Positions 26,814-36,600 of a stretch of 64,000 nt of DNA are shown here, in pieces (the first letter of the stretch is position 1; every line of letters starts with the position of its first letter). Source of the DNA: Lama guanicoe (lineage: Eukaryota); NCBI GenBank assembly GCA_013239625.1, contig MU053376.1, positions 1,450,833 through 1,514,832 on the forward strand, given 5' to 3'. The position numbers and the translations under genes are program-made. The notes beneath the pieces are model-generated. The model had not been told where the DNA came from. It did not search any database and saw only the letters and a program-made list of their open reading frames with translations.

Positions 26814-29425
26814 CTCAGTGCAGCTACTGGTGATGGGCACAGAAAGGACTGTTCAAATCAAAACTTCCTTTCTGTAGAACAGCCACAATGGCCACACGGC
26901 CTTTTATAAAGCCTTTCCTGTTGCTCCTGCTATTAAATTCTGCTCCTGCCTTTCTAACACCCTTAACTTTTTTTTTTTTAAAGAAAAGCACTGCTCTTTC
27001 CCCAACCAGTACTCGAAAATCCATTTGTTCCTTGAATGTTCATGGATTAAAAAACAAAATTAATGTAAAAAAAAAAGTGTCAAGTTCAGTTTAGTTGATC
27101 ATATCCTTAAGAATGTCAAAAATGTTACTGGATTGTAACCTCAAATTCCACCCTTGATTAGTTACATACGAGAAAATACTATTTGAACCAGAACCAAAAT
27201 TAAGTATTGAACTGAGGGTTGAATCTGGAGCAAACCAGGTATTGTGGAGAAAAGAAAAAGAAAAAAGTATTAAATCTGTCAAGGGAAATCAATTCCTGTT
27301 CTTCCAGGTTCAAAGATTTCCACTCATGACCTCCCTAAACGAGGACACACCCATTAATTTTCCTTCATGGACTCAACAGGAAGTGGAGATATGAAAGGGA
27401 GACGTCGTAGAAAGCAGGACAAATCTACTGTTACTGAAAGGAACATTTCTCCTTTGGGCCCACTCCACTGATTCCGACCTGAGGTGGGGAAGGCTAGCAG
27501 CAAGCAGCGAGCTACAAATAGATTTCATAAGACGGAAGCTACCCATTTCCAGCCGTGCGTGTGCGTGCGTGCGTGTGTGTGTTGGGGAGGGAAGTCTGAA
27601 AGAAAGAACCAGAATGCAGTGTCAGTCAGCATAGCTGCCGAAATCCACATCCCAGAGGTAAACCTAATGAGGCCAACATTTGAGAAGTGAGATAACACAA
27701 ACAAGCACTTTCCGAGTGAACGGCCCCCTTCCTGAGCACTGCAAACAAGACAGTGAACGCTATCGCCATTTCACCATAGGCACACTAGAGAAAAGGGGGG
27801 CGTTTAGTCAAGGGCGGTGCCGACGGCCAGTCCCCATCAGCTTATGTCTTGCAACCTGTCCTGGTACCATGACCAAGCCTGACTGTTGAGCACCTGTTTC
27901 CAGTTGAGACACCACAGCTGTCCTACTTGCATGCATGATCTGAAGGGAAGGCCAGAGTGTTTGAAATCATCAGTAAGAAGTGGAGAAAACACTTCATTCA
28001 GAGCCTGTCTCTCTTGGGGACACAGATCCTCTTGTCCAGTCTATTAGAAATATATATAATACATTTTTCAGTCTCATGAGTTAATCTTTTAAAAAGGGAT
28101 CCCCAAAGAAAAAGCGCAACCAAATGCACACAAGTAACCTAGAAGACATGATTACCTCTAAAGGATGTGCGTATATGACAGAGATGTTAGTGCAGATTAA
28201 TATATTATAGAGATTGTGTTACATAAAATACCACGGCTAGTTTTAAAAGACCCTTCCCTCCAGTCTTCACAAAACATAATCTAAGGAAAGCGCAAATGTT
28301 ACTAGGAATGTAAGACTTAAATTTATAAACCCCTAAAAAGAGAAGTGCATGGTGGAAACACTGAGAGGCTTTCTAACGTGTGAACACAAACCTTGTTAAA
28401 ACACCTGAACAAACCCAGAAAGCAAGTAGAATCATCTTTAACACCCACATTGCAAAGTTCACAACTGTAACGTTAACCATCATGAAAGATAATAATCCAA
28501 TTGCTACCTATGTTTAAGTTTTGCATTTTGGCCAAGCACTAAAATCTCCAAATTCATTCTTTAACACACACAGTGTAACAGTGAAATGACTCTCTGTCAC
28601 TGGTGCTTTCTTAAAAAAAAAAAGGAATCACAGAGTAAGGATACTCCTTACAATGTCTTAAAAATCAGAGTAAAAATATTCCTTAAATAACCTTTGTTCT
28701 ATGACCATCTGCAAGAAAGCCAGGTTGTTTGAGAGAAAAATACGCTGTGACTTAAAAGATAGAAGGAAAACTGCGTAAGTAAACATTGAAGAAGCAAATC
28801 TAGAGAAAAAGGCAGAGGTTAAATTTCACTAATTTTTCAACTTATTAGTGCACTAAGACCCCGAAACCTTGCTCCCATGAGCTCATGGTTATCAGAATGT
28901 GGAGGATCAAAACTACAGATCTGTCTCCTGCCTCCATAATGCATGTAAAAGTCTGTTACCAACTGCACACAGGCCTCCTGAATGCATGGTTTCTCCAGCC
29001 CCACAGAGCCCCTTAAACTTTTGTTTTAAGCAACAGGAGCAGTAAGCAGGGGCCCTGGTAAAAAGACAAAAGCTAACTGAATAGTCAGAGCAGCACTGAA
29101 CACACTCCCATGGAGCACAGGATGTGGAGTGAGAGTAGAGCCGGGACAGCTCACATCCTCGAGCAGAGCTGGCAGGCACTGGGGGCGGGGCGTGCAGTCG
29201 TGTCCTTCCAGTAGCAGGAAGCTGAGAGATGCACTTCATGTCATGTTTCCATGAAGATATGGGGAGACAGGTGTATGGAAAAGAAAACGTTCTACCCCTG
29301 AATAAAAACAGAGCATGGTTCACGGGACCTGAATGCACATTTATGGCACAGAAGAATTTCAATTCTCTGTCTTCATGAAGGAAAAATCTCAAGTCTTTGT
29401 GATTGAGTTTCACATTAACTGGTAC

Positions 29426-29431
29426 TTTATT
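29426..29431 (-). terminator. Proximal poly(A) signal AATAAA of NUCKS1
   Basis: Plus-strand tttatt, ~1 kb after the stop codon; U/GU-rich sequence follows on the minus strand. Confidence 0.6.
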
Positions 29432-30221
29432 TACTTAAAACCTAAACATTGTCAGTTTGAGAAGAAATCCACTGTGATATATAGATCTTGCCATTTAAGT
29501 TCTAGGGTTTTTTTTTTTTTGATCCTTGGTAAAATTGTATCCAAGAAACAGAATAGATACATATATACTTTAAAACATGAACCATTAGAGAATGAAATAG
29601 GAAATAAAAAATGATTTAAGTTTTGGCGGCCCTTGCGTTTTAAGTTCCTTAGACTGTAGCAGGATAGAAGGATCACTGGCTCCGAGTCTCTTAGAGATAA
29701 CAAGTGATGAAATTAAAAAAACCCCACACCCTCAAACAAGGTCAGGTAACCCAATTCCCTACCCTGCCCCAAGGTAAAAAATATGAATACTTTTAGTAAC
29801 AATTCAGAATTCATCTTTATCTCCTACTTGCCCCATCAGTGGAAGCTTAGTCATGTATTTTTAGACATCCCTATTTTTGTATATAGATATATAAACTCGT
29901 ATTAGAGGACAATTAAGTTTTTTAAAAAGTCCAGGTAGAGAAAGAAGCAATCATTTTTAACTAAAGCCCTCTACGTTTTTTGATTACTGTTCAACTTGCT
30001 ACCATTTAGCAAAAAAGCAAAATTTCCATAGTGTTCACCTCAAATCTTATTGCTTTACAACTGTGGTATACCTTCCATTAAAATTAAAAAGATGAAGCAG
30101 TCAATCCAGTGATTCATTTGACATGGCTTTCATTGGGAAAGCGGGTGGGTTGGTGGGGGTGGTGACAAAGAGAAGACCAATAGACAAAAAGGGCAAATTA
30201 AACATACAATGGTTTTCTTTA

Positions 30222-30253
30222 CAAAAAAAAAAAAGAGAGAGAGAGAGAGAGAG
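30222..30253. repeat. A-run plus (GA)n microsatellite in the NUCKS1 3'UTR
   Basis: Read directly from the sequence. Confidence 0.9.
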
Positions 30254-30424
30254 AATATGTTATTTTCAACAAAAGGAAAAAAGCATTGAAAGCCCATGAG
30301 TCAAGCCATAGCCAAAACCATATTCTATCTTAAGTAGGTTTTCTTTTTTTTCCCTCTTTTTTTCTTTTTTCTTTTTTTTTTTCTCTTTTTTTAAATAAAA
30401 TCTCTCCCCAAACCATTATCACTT

Positions 30425-30624
30425 TTAATCCTCCCCAGACTGGGCTTCATCTTCAGACCCTTCATCCCCAGACTTCTCGGGCGGGGGGCTGGCAGAAGCT
30501 TTCTTTTCTGGAGGGCTTTCGGGTTCCTCGTCTTCTTCTTTGGGAGAAGGAGTCTTTTCCTTTGAAGCCTTTGAAGCGGTGGGGCGACCCACTTTCCCTT
30601 TGCCTTTCACAGGACTTGGCGTCA
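30425..30624 (-). CDS. NUCKS1: NUCKS1 exon 7 coding part (200 nt incl. TAA; contains the GRP AT-hook-like motif)
   Basis: tttcag|TGACGCCAAGT...GAGGATTAA; overlaps ORF-track 30425..30646(-). Confidence 0.97.
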
Positions 30625-33600
30625 CTGAAAGAAGAAAGATACCCATTTGGGGAAGGGAAGAAAATGTCTTTAATAAACATCAGCTACAAAACAAAACAAT
30701 CAGTAAGGAAAAAATCTGTAAAGACAACACCGCAACTTTCTAAAAATCAGCGTGGGTACCAAACACTTTTTTACGAACACCGTCATGTTATATGAGCAGT
30801 AATATCTATAATAAAGATGCTAAAGAAACTGCGTATCATCCTTAGTGGCTTGTGAAACTAAAACCTGTTCATGATAAAAATTATTTGTTTAAAAATTGGG
30901 TGAAGAAAAAGGGATGTAACTTAATCTGGTAGAACTGACGCCATCAGCAACTTTGGATAGTCCCATCATTCCCAACAGCAAGAGATAATGAGTAAAAAGT
31001 TCTACCTGCCAGAATGAAAACAAAAAGCAAATCCAGCTTTCCGATTTAGTGACAGTCTAGCTCGACCTGGAGAATGTCTGGCAGAAGGAAGGGCTCAAAG
31101 GAAAATGAATCTAAGTGCTCAACTGTGGTTTTACTCTGTCAGCACAGAGGATGGTGTAGGTATTGGAGCACAGAACACTGATGTATTGCTACAGGTGTGC
31201 GTTTTCACAATTTCATGTTGACTAGACGTTGAGACTGTGGTATCAAAGGGGAAAAAAGGGCAGTAGTAGCTACGCTGGTGTGGTGTTTCTACCACTGGGC
31301 CTGATTCACATAGGTCGTTCTCAAGCCTTGCCTTACGCAGAGCAGTAGCTGGACAGGGCTAAGCCACCGGACCGCTGCAGGGGCTGGAGTCCTCATGAGT
31401 AAGTCAGTGCTGCTTCCAGCTACGGAAGGCAGGATCCCTTGATTCTTGTTAAGTATGTGGCCAAGGCCAAGACCTAATGAAGGATTTCTGTGGAGAAGCT
31501 TATTGGTTCTTGAGATTTTTCAAAGCAATAATTCATTTCACTTCTGCAGAGCTCACCTGTGGCCTTTAGCCTGGGTTTGGGCATTTTCTTTTCTTTTCTC
31601 TCAGGTTTGGACTTCTTAACCATCTTTTTGTTTTTCTTTTTTGAACTGCCATAGTCACTATCATCATCATCTTCCATTAGGAAATCCTCATCACTGCCGG
31701 AATCTTCTGAGAGGAAAGAAGAATTTCAACGTCCAACTTAATGTACACACCCTTCCAAGTGAACAAAGGAAGAGAGTGCTAAGAGTGACTGCAGGATGGG
31801 ATTTAGGAGTCAAACACTCTTGGATTCTATTTGCAGCTGTACTACCAATCTGGCTGGAGTTGTCACTGGCCCCACCTGTAAAATGGTTTAGCACGCACAT
31901 GAGGGTCATGACTGACTTGTTTCAGGAGTAGGTTGAAACAGGAAGAGATAAGACAATCTGGATAAAACATAAAGCCATCGAACAACTCTCAGTAGTTCCC
32001 TCGTTCCCACACAGTCCTGACGAGACCAGGGAAATGAAACTGCACTGATTCCGTGCGTCTCTCCCAACTATAAACAAATGAACTAAGAAAACGCCATACA
32101 AAGCAAAAATACATGTAATTAATTAACCTAAGTAACTTGTGAAACGTCTAAATTGTTTTTCTTTTTTTAAATCACTTTTTTTTTTTTGGCATGGGGAGGT
32201 AATTAGGTTTATTTAAATTTTTCTTTAATGGAGGTACTGGGGATTGAACCCAGGACCTTGTGCATCCTAAATACGTGCTCTACCACTTGAGCTATACCCT
32301 CCCCCTTGAAACATCTAAATTCTATTAACACATTTGTCAAGAGAGGTCTACGCCCTTCTCTACCAGGCCAAAGTTATAAATCTTGTAACACCCACCAGGT
32401 AACTGTTACTCTAACAACTGTTCATTCAGTATTTCACTATAAATGATGCACATCATAATCACAGGAAATCTTTGAATCTTTTAAAATACAAATAGATATC
32501 AAACAGTCATCTCTCTTAATAGTGAGGATCTAATTTAAGGGACTGATTGTAACATTTAGCATCCACAAAAATGCTGAAGTAATCAAGGTCACCAACTACA
32601 ACCACGACCAGAGTAACAGGCCAGCGGTACGTACTCTCCTGGAATGGTGCCTCATCCTCGTCTTCTTGTTCTTCTTCACTGCCCACATCTTCCATGAGCA
32701 TCTCCCTCTGTTTAGAGGCTGCTTTAGAGGCTGCCTGCCGTTGCTGGCGCACATTTTTATGATCTTCTTTTTCATCTTCACTGTCCTCTGCAATATCAGA
32801 GTTAGAATGCAGTGGTCAAGGAGTTATGGGTTTGACAGCTGACAAGAAAAGCCAGTGTAAGATACAATCCGCAGCTTTATTTCATTCAAAAAGGGTAAAT
32901 TCTATCCCTAAAAATTCCTATAAAATATTCAAAAGAAAAGCTAAAATTCAAAGAATGAACTTAAATAAGACTATATTCCCACTATTACATATAAAATAAC
33001 TTAGGCATGGAGTTTTAAGTAGTAATAAAGCTGAATTTAGGTGTGAACACATGCTTCTTATACTGTAAACTTACATCATTCCTTTGCCCTAAAATTCTCA
33101 ATTGCAGTCAAATCTACGTTCACAATTTTTAAAAACTAAAGCTAGAAAAATATTTTTAAATAGTAGAACTGGGACGGCTATCTTCCAATGATATTTATTC
33201 TAAGATACAAAACATACAGATGCTAAAATAATGTCAAGCTACTATCCTTTATGAATGAAGTGTGACCATTTCAGTTTAGAGGGGTTTGAGGGAAAATTTT
33301 AAAACACATTTATATTTAGATCAATTAGACCTTAATACAAGTTAAATAAAATTACTTTCTTATACTGTAGTCTATCAATGAAAAGTTCTTTCCAACACAC
33401 AGCTGTGCTGGTGAATAAATCTGGTTAAAGAGCAGGCTGCCAACCAACCGGCTCTAGACCAAGTCACATCTGTATTAGCCTCTACCTACAGCTCTTCTCC
33501 TGGACTTTGGGGCTCCCGTATTCTGTTAAGATTTAGCTGTGGGAAATGCAAATCAAAATCACGAGACATCATCCTACATCTGGTAGAATGGCCATTATCA

Positions 33601-36600
33601 GAAAGAACACAACTAGCAAATGTTGGTAAGGATGAGGAGAAAAGGGAACCCTTGTACATAATTGGTGGGAATGTAAACTGGTGCAGCCATTATGGAAAAC
33701 AATATGGTGGTTTCTCAAAAACTTAAAATTAAAACCACCATAGGGCCCAGCAATTCCACTCCTGGGCATATATACAAGAAAAACAAAAACGTTAATTCAA
33801 AAAGATACACACACCCTGCTATTAACTGCAACATTATTTATAATTGCCAAATATGGAAGCATCCTAAGTGCACATGAACAGATGAACGGATAAAGAAGCT
33901 GTAGCATATATAGGCACTGGAATACAACTCACCCATAAAACAGGGTATTTTGCTTTTTGTGGCCCTTCATTCACCTTTTTTGTTTGTTTCACTTCTAAAA
34001 CCAGAATTTTATAATTGGCATAAACATTTCCATTGCACCAAAAAAACCAAAATACCTGGAAATAAACTTAACCAAGGAAGTTACCTATATTCTGAAAACT
34101 GTAAAACATTGAAGAAGGAAATTGATGATACAAAGAAATGGAAAGGTATCTTGTGCTCTTGGATTGGAAGAATCAACATTATCAGGATGGCCGTACTACC
34201 CAAAGCAATCTACAGATCCAGTGCAACCCCTGTCAAAATACTCATGACATTTTTCACAGAACCAGAACAAACAATTCCAAAATTTATATGGAACCATAAA
34301 AGATGCCAAATTGCCAAAGCAACCTTTTATAGGTCTTTTTTCCCCCTCTTTCTTCTTTTTGTTCTCCTTTCTTACAGTTTGGTGACTAGAGAAATTCCTT
34401 TAACATTTGTTGTAAAGTTGGTTTGATGGTGCTGAATTATTTTAGCTTTTGTTTATCTGTGAAGCTTTTGATTTCTCCATCAAATCTGAACCAGAGCCTT
34501 GCTAGACAGAGTATTCTTGGTTATAAGTTTTTTCCCTTTCATCATTTTAAATACATCTTGCCACTCCCTTCTGGCCTGTAGAGTTTCTGCTGAAAAATTA
34601 GCCGATAACCTTATGGGAGTTCGTTCCCTTGTATGTTATTTGTTGCTTTTTTCTTGCTAACTTTAATATTTTCTCTTTTCCTTAATTTTTGTCAATGTGA
34701 TGACTATGTGCCAAGCTTGATGTGTTCCTCTTTGGGCTGATCCTGTGTGGAACTCTCTGCGCTTCCTGGACTTTGGGTGACTGTTTCCTTTCCCAAGTTG
34801 GGGAAGTTTTCGGTTATTATCTCTCCAAAAATTTTCTCAGGCTCTTTCTCTCTCTCTTCTTTTTCTGGGACACTTAGAATGAGAATCTTAGTGTGCTTCA
34901 TGTTGTCCCAGAGTTCTCTTAAACTATCCTCATTTCCTTCCATTCTTTCTTCTTTTTTCTGTTGTGCAGTAGTGATTTCCACTATTCTGTCTTTTAGCTC
35001 ACTGATCATTCTTCTGCCTCATTTAGTCTATTCTTGGTTCCTTCTAGTGTGTTATTCATTTCAGTGATTTTACTCTTCACCTCTGTTGAGTTTTCATTAT
35101 ATTTTCCAACTCTTTGCTAAAAACTTCACTCTGTGCTTCTTTACTCCTCTTGAGTTCTCTGAACATCTTTGCCATCATTACTTTAAACTCTTTCTCAGAA
35201 AAACTGCCTATCTCCTCATCACTTATTTCTTCTTTTGGGATTTTACCTTGTGCCTTAGCCTGGGAAATACTCCTCTGCTGCCTCATATTGTCTATCCTTC
35301 TACTTGTATTTTTAGGTAGGTTAGTTATCTTTCTCTACCTGGGAGAGGTAGCCCTCTTTGGGAGACGTCCTATGCATCCCAGCAGGACATTCCTCTCTAG
35401 TCACCCAAGGGTCAGGGTCCAGCTAGTCCCAGTACCGTGGGGCTCCTGGAGTTAAGCCCCACTGGCCTTCAAAACCAGATGTTTTGGGGTCTCCTCCTCC
35501 TCCCAGTGCTAGAATCCTGGGCTGGGGACATGGGGCTTAGAACTCTCACTCCTGTGGGAGGGCCTCTGCAACTTAATTATTCCTCAGCTTGTGGGTTGCC
35601 CACCCAGGGGGTATGGGGCCCGATTACATTGCAAGCATGCCCCTCCTACCATCCTGCTGTGGTTCCCTCTTTAGGTTTCCAGTTGGAGATCTTTTTTGCT
35701 AGGTTCCAGTCTTTTTATCCTGATGGTTGTTTAGCAGTCAGCTGTGGTTTTGCTGCAGTCACAAGGAGAGGTGAGCTCATGGTTCTACTACTCCACTATT
35801 TTGACCAGAAATCTCATTAATTCTTTTAAGTTAAAATTCTTATAAAAAAGCTTTCTCCATGGTTACTGTTTCAAAGAACTACTTTCAGCTAAAAAGAGTA
35901 GGACTGACATTAACTGTTGTTTGCTTTTTAACCCCCAGGGTCATCACTCCCCCTTTTTTATATCTCGATTTCACTTAGTACTGTATATATGTTCGTATTA
36001 TTCTATTTAATTTGATATCCTTTATTTGTTCATGTAAATGGTTTTCAATCTTGACTATGCATCAGAACAATGTGTAAGTACTTTTAAAAATCCAAGCCTC
36101 CACATCCCATCTGGACCCACTGAATCAGAAGTCCTGGGATGGGATGGAGTATGTTAAAAAAAAAAGAAAAAAAAACCTTCACAGGAAACTGTAATAAGCC
36201 ACCAGGACTGAGAATCACTTTGAGCTCTTTGAAGATGGAACATGTAACGTGTGTAATGCAGTATTTACAACAGTGCCTGGCATTATTATAAACTTATCAA
36301 AATGTCTAATGAATAAGTATATAAATAAGAATTACAATTATTATGTTAAAAATTGTACCTGCTGAGTGAGAATCATCCTTCTTGGTCTTCACATCTTTTT
36401 CTTCTGAGTCCTCACTATAAAGGGGGAGGGGGAAAAGTTTAAAAGTCTTAGGTCAACATCTCAGAGAACACAGATCTCTGGCATCTGACTGTAGAAGAAC
36501 ACCAAAGAAAACCTCTTTTATATATAAAATATTTAAACAGATGCTGAGGGGTGAAATTGCTTCCATTATTCCCCTACTTCACAGGGATGCTGGTGAATAA

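Larger units (their letters stand above)
25110..30424 (-). other. NUCKS1: NUCKS1 long 3'UTR (~5.3 kb; distal end approximate)
   Basis: U-rich tracts on the minus strand, few recognisable interspersed repeats, candidate poly(A) signals at 29426, 26808 and 25127. Length is consistent with the long 3'UTR of mammalian NUCKS1. Confidence 0.75.

Noticed and set aside
33950..35286. ORFs with real protein similarity in intron 4
   Set aside because: Frameshifted LINE-1 ORF1/ORF2 remnants, not host genes or an intact element.
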